DNA of 64,000 nt. It comes from Eledone cirrhosa. Its lineage: Eukaryota. Within the stretch, counting starts at the first letter, position 1. Every line of letters begins with the position of its first letter. Of the stretch, positions 1 to 11,300 are shown piece by piece. Where the stretch lies: NCBI GenBank assembly GCA_964016885.1, contig OZ024740.1, positions 406,720,001 to 406,784,000 on the forward strand. The letters run 5' to 3'. Below the pieces are notes generated by a model that was given only the letters and a program-made list of their open reading frames with translations, did no database searches and had not been told where the DNA came from. The translations under genes were made by a program, and so were the position numbers.

Positions 1-3000
1 GTGGTTTCCGTTATTAGTTAGTAGTCATTGTAGATTCCGTTATTAGTTAGTAGTCATTGTGGATTCCGTTATCAGTTAGTAGTCATTGTGGATTTCATTA
101 TTAGTTAGTAGTCATTAGTTCGTAGTCATTGTGGATTCCGTCATTAGTTAGTAATCATTGTGCATTCCGTCATTAGTAGGTAGTCATTCGCTAGTAGTCA
201 TTGTGGATTCCGTTATTAGTTAGTAGTCATTGTGGATTCCGTTATTAGTTAGTAGCCATTGTGGATTCCGTTATTTGTTAGTAGTCATTAGCTAGTAGTC
301 ACTGTAGATTCCGTTATTAGTTAGTAGTCATTAGCTAGTAGTCATTTTGGATTCCGTCATTGGTTAGTAGTCATTGTGGATTCCGTTATTAGTTAGTAGT
401 CATTAACATGTAGTCATTGTAGATTCCGTCATTAGCTAGTAGTCACTGTAGATTCCGTTATTAGTTAGTAGTCATTACCTAGTAGTCATTGTGGATTCCG
501 TCATTAGCTAGTAGTCATTGTGGATTCCGTCATTAGCTAGTAGTCATTGTGTATTCAGTTATTACTTAGTAGTCATTAGCTAGTAGTCATTGTGGATTTC
601 ATTATTAGTTATTAGTCATTAGCTAGCAGTCATTGTGGATTCCCTCATTAGTTAATAGTCATTGTGGATTCCGTTATTAGTTAGTAGTCATTAGCTAGTA
701 GTAATTGTGGATTTCATTATTAGTTAGTAGTCATTGTGGATTCCGTCATTAGTTAGTAGTCATTAGCTAGTAGTCATTAGCTAGTAGTCATTAGCTAGTA
801 GTCATTAGCTAGTAGTCATTGTGGATTCCGTCGTTCGCTAGTAGACATTGTGGATTCCGTTATTAGTTAGTAGTCATTGTGGATTCCGTCATTAGCTAGT
901 AGTCATTGTCGATTCCGTTATGAGTTAGTAGTCATTAGCTAGTAGTCATTAGCTAATAGTCATTGTGGATTCCATCATTCGCAAGTAGTCATTATGGATT
1001 CCGTTATTTCTTAGTAGTCATTGTGGATTCCGTTATTAGTTAGTAGTCGTAGTGGATTCCGTCATTAACTAGTAGTCATTGTGGATTCCGTTATTAGTTA
1101 GTAGTCATTAGCTAGTAGTCATTATGGATTCCGTCATTAGTTAGTAGTCATTGTGGATTCCATCATTAGTCAGTAGTCATTAGCTAGTAGTCATTGTGGA
1201 TTCCGTCATTCGTTAAGTAGTCATTGTGGATTCCGTCATAAGCTAGTAGTCGTAGTGGATTCCGTCATTAGTTAGTAGTCATTGTGGATTCCGTCATTAG
1301 TTAGTAGTCACTAGCTAGTTGTCATTGTGGATTCCGTCATTAGTTAGTAGTCATTGTGTATTCCGTTATTAGTTAGTCCTCATTAACTACTAGTCATTGT
1401 GGATCCGTCATTAGTTAGTAGTCATTGTGGATTCCGTTATTAGTTAGTAGTCATTGTGGATTCCGCTATTAGTTAGTAGTCATTAGCTAGTTGTCATTGT
1501 GGATTCCGTCATTAGTTAGTCGTCACTGTGGATTCCGTCATTAGTTAGTAGTCATTGTGGATTCCCTCATTATTTAGTAGTCATTGTGGATTCCGTTATT
1601 AGTTAGTAGTCATTAGCAGTAGTCATTGTGGATTCCGTCATTAGCTGGTAGTCATTGTGGTTTCCGTTATTAGTTAGTAGTCATTAGCTAGTAGTCTTTG
1701 TGGATTCCGTCATTCGCTAGTAGTCATTGTGGATTCCGTTATTAGTTAGTAATCATTGTAGATTCCGTTATTAGTTAGTAGTCGTTGTGGATTCCGTTAT
1801 TAGTTAGTAATCATTGTGGATTCCGTTATTAGTTAGTAATCATTGTGGATTCCGTTATTAGTTAGTAGTCATTGTGGATTCCGTCATTAGCTAGTATTCA
1901 TTGTGGATTCCGTCATTAGCTAGTAGTCATTGTGGATTCCGTCATTAGCTAGTAGTCATTGTGCATTCCGTTATTAGTTAGTTGTCATTAGCTAGTAGTC
2001 ATCGTGCATTCCGTTATTAGCTAGTAGTCATTGTGGATTCCGTCATTAGTTAGTAGTCATTGTGGATTCCTTCACTAGTTAGTAGTCATTGTGGATTCCG
2101 TCATTAGCTAGTAGTCATTGTGGATTCCGTTATTAGTTATTAGTCATCAGCTAGTAGTCATTTTGGATTCCGTCATTAGCTAGTAGTCATTGTGGCGTCC
2201 GTTATTAGTTAGTCGTCATTGTGGATTCCGTCATTAGCTAGTAGTCATTGTGGATTCCGTCATTAGCTAGTAGTCATTGTGGCGTCCGTTATTAGTTAGT
2301 CGTCATTGTGGATTCCGTCATTAGTTAGTAGTCATTATGGATTCCATCATTAGTCAGTAGTCATTAGCTAGTAGTCATTGTGGATTCCGTCATTCGTTAT
2401 TAGTCATTGTGGATTCCGTTATTAGTTAGTAGCCATTGTGGATTCCGTCATTAGCTAGTACTCATTGTGGATTCCGTTATTAGTTAGTAGTCATTGTGGA
2501 TTTCGTTATTAGTAAGTAGGCATTAGCTAGTAGTCATTGTGGATTCCGTCATTAGTTAGTAGTCATTGTGGATTCCATCATTAGTCAGTAGTCATTAGCT
2601 AGTAGTCATTGTGGATTCCGTCATTCGTTATTAGTCATTGTGGATTCCGTTATTAGTTAGTAGCCATTGTGGATTCCGTCATTAGCTAGTAGTCATTGTG
2701 GATTCCGTCATTAGCTAGTAGTCATTGTGGATTCCGTTATTAGTTAGTAGTCATTGTGGATTCCGTTATTAGTTAGTAGCCATTGTGTATTCCGTCATTA
2801 GTTAGTAGTCGTTGTGGATTCCGTTATTAGTTAGTTGTCATTAGCTAGTAGTCATTGTGGATTCCGTTATTAGTTAGTAGACATTGTGCATTCCGTTGTT
2901 AGTTAGTAGTCATTGTGGATTCCTTCATTAGCTAGTAGTCGTTGTGGATTCTGTTAATAGTTAGTAGTCATTGTGGATTCCGTCATTAGCTAGTAGTCAT

Positions 3001-4005
3001 TGTGGATTCCGGTATTCGCTAGTAGTCATTGTGGATTCCGTCATTAGTTAGTAGTCATTGTGGTTTCCGTTATTAGACATTAGCTAGTAGTCATTCTGGA
3101 TTCCGGCATTAGCTAGTAGTCATTGTGGATTCCGTTATTAGTTAGTAGTCATTAGCTAGTAGTCATTGTGGATTCCGGCATTAGCTAGTAGTCATTGTGG
3201 ATTCCGTTATTAGTTAGTAGCCATTAGCTAGAAATCATTGTGGATTCCGTTATTAGTTAGTAGTCATTGTGGATTCCGTCATAAGTTAGTAGTCATTCTG
3301 GATTCCGTTATTAGTTAGTAGCCATTAGCTAGAAATCATTGTGGATTCCGTTATTAGTTAGTAGTCATTGTGGATTCTGTTATTAGCTAGTAGTCATTGT
3401 GGATTCCGTCATTAGTTAGTAGTCATTGTGGATTCTGTTATTAGCTAGTAGTCATTGTGGATTCCGTCATTAGCTAGTAGTCATTGTGGATTCCGTTATT
3501 AGCTAGTAGTCATTGTGGATTCCGTCATAAGTTAGTAGTCATTCTGGATTCCGTTATTAGTTAGTAGCCATTAGCTAGAAATCATTGTGGATTCCGTTAT
3601 TAGTTAGTAGTCATTGTGGATTCCGTCATTAGTTAGTAGTCATTGTGGATTCTGTTATTAGCTAGTAGTCATTGTGGATTCCGTCATTAGCTAGTAGTCA
3701 TTGTGGATTCCGTAATTAGCTAGTAGTCATTGTGGATTCCGTTATTAGCTAGTAGTCATTGTGGATTCCGTCATTAGTTAGTAGTCATTGTGGATTCCGT
3801 TATTAGCTAGTAGTCATTGTGGATTCCGTTATTAGCTAGTAGTCATTGTGGATTCCGTTATTAGTTAGTAGTCATTAGCTAGTAGTCATTGTGGATTCCG
3901 TCATTAGCTAGTAGTCATTGTGGATTCCGTCATTAGCTAGTAGTCATTGTGGATTCCGTCATTAGCTAGTAGTCATTATGGATTCCGTCATTAGTTAGTA
4001 GTCAT
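1..4005. repeat. Satellite array, 29-bp unit GTGGATTCCGT(C/T)ATT-AG(C/T)TAGTAGTCATT with a variable number of extra 14-bp modules; runs off the window start
   Basis: Continuous tandem repetition visible from base 1 to ...gtagtcat at 4005. Confidence 0.98.
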
Positions 4006-4149
4006 ATAAGAAGACTTGAAGTTGCAAACAAAATGTCTGTTACTTTGCCATCTCTCTAACAATGGCTATCTATATTGGAACATCATTTGACCACAAAGTA
4101 CATGTCATCTTCAGAAATGTACAATGCTGATGTTAAATGGAAAGAATTT

Positions 4150-4470
4150 TTAATTTAATTGATCGATATGGAGATTACGATATTAGCAGTTTTGAAGAAC
4201 TACAAATTAAACCCATGTGGAACAGCGTACCAAATGTTTGTTCATCGCTCTGGATTTTTTCTCCCTCTGCCTGCAGTGACAGCATCGGTAGAGCGTCCAT
4301 TCAGTAAGTTTAAACTGGTAAAGTACTGCAGTATTATGATAGAAATTTATTGTGCCACACTGTCGCCTGGAGCCCTTAGCTCGATTCAGCATCGAATCGA
4401 AACTCATTTGAAATATTAATTTCAGAGACATCATACGAATCTTTACACACAAGAAGCATTTCTGAAAAAG
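4150..4470 (+). pseudogene. Degraded hAT transposase C-terminal dimerisation domain remnant
   Basis: ORF 4159-4419 contains FLPLPAVTASVERPFSKFKLVK, resembling the hAT motif LTxPVTxASxERSFSKLKLIK. An adjacent frame continues SIESKLI*NINFRDIIRIFTHKK, like typical hAT C-termini. Confidence 0.6.
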
Positions 4471-4720
4471 AGAAAAGGTAGTTGGACATTCTAAATAATT
4501 AAAACCATTCTATTTTCTGTTTTAATAATTGATGAGCGGCGACCTGAAAACAGCTTTGCTCTTTCTCTTGGCGACTCTGGTTGAAGTCACGCAGACTAAT
4601 TTCTTATCCTTTATAACACTGAGGTATGTAACCTATGGTGAAGCTTTTCTGAATTACAAAGATCCTTCATATTGATGTTTAGTTATTCCAGAACGTTAAT
4701 CAAATGAGATAAATCCCCAC

Positions 4721-4942
4721 AGCCGCAGGTGTGAGCCTCGCGAGTTGGAATGGCTCTTCCAGCGCATCTCCCTTACCATCCTCCGTGGAAATGCCTTCTC
4801 CATCCTGTCCGCCGGAGCTGTGGGGGAGGCCAGCACGTGGGACCCCATTTTCTCACCATACGGATTAATAGACAAAGTTATAAACTATTGTAAATAAATG
4901 CTTGAACTCTTTCATTACAATATTTCTACTTAAAAAAAAAAA
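4721..4942 (+). mobile_element. 5'-truncated 3' end of a CRE-clade (restriction-like endonuclease) non-LTR retrotransposon
   Basis: GC-rich island translating as RRCEPRELEWLFQRISLTILRGNAFSIL (cf. CRE C-terminal FQRxSxAIQRGNA). It is followed by a stop overlapping AATAAA (~4893) and an A11 tail at 4932-4942. Confidence 0.65.
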
Positions 4943-5217
4943 GACATTAGTTTATTGCATTTTATCTACTTAGTATCACAATATTAAAGATTAAGTATTT
5001 TAAGTATTTTTTTAAATGAAGACATGTTTGATAAATCTTGCTTCATAGGGGCACCCGTGAAATACTTGCACTTCCTATCAAATTCTGGACCTGTCAAAAA
5101 CCTAAGTACATTCATGAGGGTATTTGATTTCAGCATTGCATGCTGTGACTACTGGCAAGGCTGTTTCTTTAAGAAGCTCACTTCATATCTATGTTTCGTG
5201 TTCCATCCCACATCTTA

Positions 5218-5290
5218 AACAAGTGTCTTCTGCCATAGCTTTGGGTCAACCAAATCTTTGTGGGTGAAATTTGGCTGACGGAAACTATGT
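5218..5290 (+). mobile_element. SINE 3' fragment
   Basis: aagtgtcttctgccatagc...gaaatttggctgacggaaact is homologous to 24381-24464 and to minus-strand fragments near 54855. Confidence 0.55.
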
Positions 5291-5429
5291 AAATGTTAGT
5301 ATAGGGAAATGAAGAGTCAAATAATTACTTATACCTTTTAATAACTACAAGTTGAAACACCCAAGGACCTTGTTGTCAAAACAATTATAAGAAAATACCT
5401 TGGTCAATGTGTTTGTTGCTTCGTACTTG

Positions 5430-5960
5430 CTGTGACAGGCTTCTGACATCCATGGTATACATAAATGTCCCTTTAACACTCAATTCTTTATAAATATAAA
5501 TTTATTGTTGAAAGCTGAAATTCTGTACAGACACTAGAATATCTTGTATAGCAGATAGGCCGTAGAAGAACAATTGACGACATGCAGAACATGGTTTGTT
5601 GATAACTGTTCTATTCTTCCTAACAGGATTATAAGAGGATTATACTAGGCGTTATCCTGTAGTAGGTTTTTTCATCTTCCTGGTCTGGGATCCTCTGTTA
5701 GTGTGTAGTGGTTTTCTCTAGGAGGCAACAATGTATTCATACGCGACTAACTATTGCTCTGTTTAGCCAAATTGCATATGAAATGTTGCTATTGCGAGGT
5801 ATAACGTAGTTCAACTACATCAGTAAAAGACAGCTGATGAGCTCACAGTAGTTCTTTTGTGAACTTGGTCATAGCTCTAGTTCTGCAAGTTATGTGTAAT
5901 GATGGTCACTGTTATATAATGGGATATGTGGATTGCCTGTAAACCCAATATCTGAATTGA
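5430..5960 (-). mobile_element. Possible highly degraded Penelope-like RT thumb region
   Basis: The minus strand near 5945 reads VYRQSTY...SDHH...RA, reminiscent of the PLE motif VYRKPTH...SxHP...RA. It is heavily disrupted. Confidence 0.25.
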
Positions 5961-6566
5961 TGATTTCACGGCTGGTTTTCTCTCCTCGTTTGTGTGTTTG
6001 TTGTCTACCACTTCTCTATTTTGATACTTCATAGCTTGTCTGTTGTCCATCACTAAGGTTGGATAAACTATTAAGCAAAATAAGCAGATGCATAGAGTAT
6101 CAAGGGAAGAAAAGCATCATTTTATTCAAATTAAATGTACTAGCAGAAAAACCACCCTTCGGTTGGTTTTCTGCTAGTATGTGTAGTGTGCATATTGACA
6201 TTATACGCAAATATATATGCATTTAGATATGATACGTCAAATAAAATCGTAATTGACAATATCCACAGAAATTGAAGAGAGACTGTGTTACACTCTCTTC
6301 TGTAATCAGTAAAGTAATCCATGATACATTTAAAACGATATTATATATAAACTGCTTTAGGAGAAAATTAGTGGCGGAAATATATGAACGTTTATATAAG
6401 TGATATAATAAGTGTTATAATATAACGGGCGCTAACCGGAAGTGTTGACATTTGAAAGTTTTAAAGAAGTGAATCTTGAAATAAGCAATAAAATTATTTA
6501 TATTTAATCAAGAGTTACGAAATTTAGTACATAAATTATGTAATATTCATTCATTATTTATTCAAA

Positions 6567-6750
6567 GGGCGATGGATTGGCAGTATCGGTAGAGGGTCGG
6601 ACGCCATGCTTTCCAGCATAGTTACGTCCCTTTACGATCTGAGTTCAAATCCCGCCGAGGTTGACTTTGCCTTTCATCCTTACGGGGTAGATAAAATAAA
6701 GTACCAGTAATGCACTGGGTAATTGCTGGCCTTGTGCCTAAAGTAGAAAC
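6567..6750 (+). mobile_element. tRNA-derived SINE
   Basis: A-box-like tggcagtatcgg and B-box gttcaaatcc, followed by the core gccgaggttgactttgcctttcatcct...gataaaataaagtaccag. The core recurs degraded at ~53305-53360 and ~57290-57356. Confidence 0.75.
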
Positions 6751-8340
6751 AATTATTTATTCAAAGTAATCCAACTTATTTTACAAACGGGATAAAAAAT
6801 AAAAATTCTGGATGCAGTCCCGCACTCCTCCCTTTATTGTATTATGATTTATCATTTTAAAATATTTTTTGAAGACTTTATATACGGGAGGGCTCCATAA
6901 TCTTTAAGTGCTTAGGGCTCTAAAAGGACTTAATCTGACCTGGCTATAACTGTTATATCTACCATGAGAACACTGAATATTCAAACTTTACTGTCTCAAC
7001 CAGTACATATCAGCTTCGTATTTCTTTGATTGGTCCTGCTTCTCTGGATTGAGTTTCATTCCTGATAACCACTACCAGTAGTACCAATTGGTAAGCTCTT
7101 AACAATTTAGCGTCAGTCTGATTAGCTAGGAAAGTAATCACGTGGACTTATCCCTTCACACCAGTTCGTTGGAGTAGAGGAACTAGATGGTACACTAGCT
7201 GATTGGTTTAAAAAAATGGTCAATTGAGCCACTGATGCTTCTGCTTCTGTTGTTAACGGATTAGACGCACTATCAATTGGTTGAGAAAGTGATGATGCTG
7301 GGTTTGTATCCTTGTCAGTCAGTTTGAGAGAAGACTCGGCCATCAACACAATCAAACTACAAATCTGTGGATTTATGTTCACCTCATTTTCTCAGACTCG
7401 TTGCCAGACTTTGGTGCTCAAGAGAAAGGGAAGATGACCTCAGTACATTCTGGGTAGGTACTCTAATTCTCGATAACTCTAAGTCAGAGTTTCCGTATAA
7501 TCACATCACCATAAATTTTTGAAATCTGAGGGGGGAATACCAACCAGTACTCTCTCCTTGGTGACAGTCCTACCACGAATATAACAACATGAGGTATTCC
7601 CTACATCTTAATGCAACAAGGTGGATTTGGCAATTTGAAAGTTAGCCGTTTCAACCGTTTGAAGCCAGTGCAGCGCCAGTGTTGTGAATAGGAAACACTC
7701 GGTCACTTTATTGACTTGGTGGAAATATATTTCGAAATTCAATCTATATGTTCTGTATTTTTTCCTATTATAAAAATTATTCTTTAATCCTATTACTACG
7801 ATTATGTTTATTTTATTTATTTATTTTCACTTCATAATTATGAGACAGTGGAGCAACCCAAACGTGGATCGTTTATGTACCTTTTTCTAACTTCTGAATT
7901 GTTGAGAAGAAAAAATATCGAAAGATAGTATTTTACTTTGATCAACAGTTTCAACAATAAATAAACATTTAAAAATAATTTATTTATTTATCTACTTATT
8001 CATATGTATGATTGCTTCGTTTTCTTTATTTATCAAAGATAAGTTTTAATTCTATCAGTTAATTGCTTTTTTTTTTTGTTGTTGAAAATATTAGATATTA
8101 GCTAGAAACAACAGCATATACAAGAGAGAGGGAGAAGGGAGTGTGTTAAAGTGAGAGAGAGAGAGAGTGGGTGAAAGAAGAGTGTGTATATAAACACACC
8201 CAGCTGTCAAATCATTGCCTCCTTTCTTAACTAATCTGAAGGGAAACCATGATAAGGCCGGGACTTCCCCTGCAGGCAAATAGTTCGTGGTTCGTAGTTC
8301 GAATGAAGCAGTTCAAGAGAGAAAAATATAAACAGGTGGG

Positions 8341-11300
8341 CTCCCAGACAGGTCTACCTAGACCGGGTCAGTACTGAAGTGGGGCTACTGATCTCCCAGA
8401 CAGGCCTACCTAGACCAGGTCAGTACTGAAGTGGGGCTACTGATCTCCCAGACAGGCCTACCTAGACCAGGTCAGTACTGATCTCCCAGACAGGTCTACC
8501 TAGACAAGGTCAGTACTGAAGTGGGGCTACTGATCTCCCAGACAGGCCTACCTAGACCAGGTCAGTACTGAAGTGGGGCTACTGATCTCCCAGACAGGCC
8601 TACCTAGACCGGGTCAGTACTGAAGTGGGGCTACTGATCTCCCAGACAGGCCTACCTAGACCAGGTCAGTACTGAAGCGGGGCTACTGATCTCCCAGACA
8701 GGCCTACCTAGACCAGGTCAGTACTGAAGTGGGGCTACTGATCTCCCAGACAGGCCTACCTAGACCAGGTCAGTACTGATCTCCCAGACAGGTCTACCTA
8801 GACAAGGTCAGTACTGAAGTGGGGCTACTGATCTCCCAGACAGGCCTACCTAGACCAGGTCAGTACTGATCTCCCAGACAGGTCTACCTAGACAAGGTCA
8901 GTACTGAAGTGGGGCTACTGATCTCCCAGACAGGCCTAACTAGACAAGGTCAGTACTGATCTCCCAGACAGGTCTACCTAGACCAGGTCAGTACTGAAGT
9001 GGGGCTACTGATCTCCCAGACAGGCCTACCTAGACCAGGTCAGTACTGATCTCCCAGACAGGTCTACCTAGACAAGGTCAGTACTGAAGTGGGGCTACTG
9101 ATCTCCCAGACAGGCCTACCTAGACCAGGTCAGTACTGAAGTGGGGCTACTGATCTCCCAGACAGGCCTACCTAGACCGGGTCAGTACTGAAGTGGGGCT
9201 ACTGATCTCCCAGAAAGGCCTACCTAGACCAGGTCAGTACTGAAGTGGGGCTACTGATCTCCCAGACAGGCCTACCTAGACCAGGTCAGTACTGAAGCGG
9301 GCCTACTGATCTCCCAGACAGGCCTACCTAGACCAGGTCAGTACTGAAGTGGGGCTACTGATCTCCCAGACAGGTCTACCTAGACCAGGTCAGTACTGAA
9401 GCGGGGCTACTGATCTCCCAGACAGGCCTACCTAGACCAGGTTAGTACTGAAGTGGGGCTACTGATCTCTCAGACAGGCCTACCTAGACCAGGTCAGTAC
9501 TGAAGTGGGGCTACTGATCTCCCAGACAGGCCTACCTAGACCAGGTCAGTACTGAAGCGGGGCTACTGATCTCCCAGACAGGCCTACCTAGACCAGGTCA
9601 GTACTGAAGCGGGGCTACTGATCTCCCAGACAGGCCTACCTAGACCAGGTCAGTACTGAAGTGGGGCTACTGATCTCCCAGACAGGCCTACCTAGACCGG
9701 GTCAGTACTGAAGTGGGGCTACTGATCTCCCAGACAGGCCTACCTAGACCAGGTCAGTACTGAAGCGGGGCTACTGATCTCCCAGACAGGCCTACCTAGA
9801 CCAGGTCAGTACTGAAGTGGGGCTACTGATCTCCCAGACAGGCCTACCTAGACCAGGTCAGTACTGATCTCCCAGACAGGTCTACCTAGACAAGGTCAGT
9901 ACTGAAGTGGGGCTACTGATCTCCCAGACAGGCCTACCTAGACCAGGTCAGTACTGATCTCCCAGACAGGTCTACCTAGACAAGGTCAGTACTGAAGTGG
10001 GGCTACTGATCTCCCAGACAGGCCTAACTAGACCAGGTCAGTACTGATCTCCCAGACAGGTCTACCTAGACAAGGTCAGTACTGAAGTGGGGCTACTGAT
10101 CTCCCAGACAGGCCTACCTAGACCAGGTCAGTACTGAAGTGGGGCTACTGATCTCCCAGACAGGCCTACCTAGACCGGGTCAGTACTGAAGTGGGGCTAC
10201 TGATCTCCCAGACAGGCCTACCTAGACCAGGTCAGTACTGAAGCGGGGCTACTGATCTCCCAGACAGGCCTACCTAGACCAGGTCAGTACTGAAGTGGGG
10301 CTACTGATCTCCCAGACAGGTCTACCTAGACCAGGTCAGTACTGAAGCGGGGCTACTGATCTCCCAGACAGGCCTACCTAGACCAGGTTAGTACTGAAGT
10401 GGGGCTACTGATCTCTCAGACAGGCCTACCTAGACCAGGTCAGTACTGAAGTGGGGCTACTGATCTCCCAGACAGGCCTACCTAGACCAGGTCAGTACTG
10501 AAGCGGGGCTACTGATCTCCCAGACAGGTCTACCTAGACCAGGTCAGTACTGAAGCGGGGCTACTGATCTCCCAGACAGGCCTACCTAGACCAGGTCAGT
10601 ACTGAAGTGGGGCTACTGATCTCCCAGACAGGTCTACCTAGACCGGGTCAGTACTGAAGTAGGGCTACTGATCTCCCAGACAGGCCTACCTAGACCGGGT
10701 CAGTACTGAAGTGGGGCTACTGATCTCCCAGACAGGCCTACCTAGACCAGGTCAGTACTGAAGCGGGGCTACTGATCTCCCAGACAGGCCTACCTAGACA
10801 AGGTCAGTACTGAAGTGGGGCTACTGATCTCCCAGACAGGCCTACCTAGACCGGGTCAGTACTGAAGTGGGGCTACTGATCTCCCAGACAGGCCTACCTA
10901 GACCAGGTCAGTACTGAAGTGGGGCTACTGGTCTCCCAGACAGGCCTACCTAGACCAGGTCAGTACTGAAGCGGGGCTACTGATCTCCCAGACAGGTCTA
11001 CCTAGACAAGGTCAGTACTGAAGTGGGGCTACTGATCTCCCAGACAGGCCTACCTAGACCAGGTCAGTACTGAAGCGGGGCTACTGATCTCCCAGACAGG
11101 CCTACCTAGACCGGGTCAGTACTGAAGTGGGGCTACTGATCTCCCAGACAGGCCTACCTAGACCAGGTCAGTACTGAAGTGGGGCTACTGATCTCCCAGA
11201 CAGGCCTACCTAGACCAGGTCAGTACTGAAGCGGGGCTACTGGTCTCCCAGACAGGCCTACCTAGACCGGGTCAGTACTGAAGTGGGGCTACTGATCTCC

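Noticed and set aside
5830-5880. CTGATGA followed by a hairpin (also CTGATGA at ~57788)
   Set aside because: No GAAA or stem III follows, so these are not hammerheads.
6425-6450. ETS-like CCGGAAGTG motif
   Set aside because: Isolated short motif with no associated gene or CpG island.
6885-6945. Possible hAT-type terminal sequence (cttaatctgacctg; similar at ~5085-5093)
   Set aside because: No matching partner TIR or 8-bp TSD could be identified by eye.
7122-7382. S/T-rich minus-strand ORF, possibly an exon or transposase N-terminus
   Set aside because: No recognisable domain, stops follow immediately, and there is no supported splice structure.
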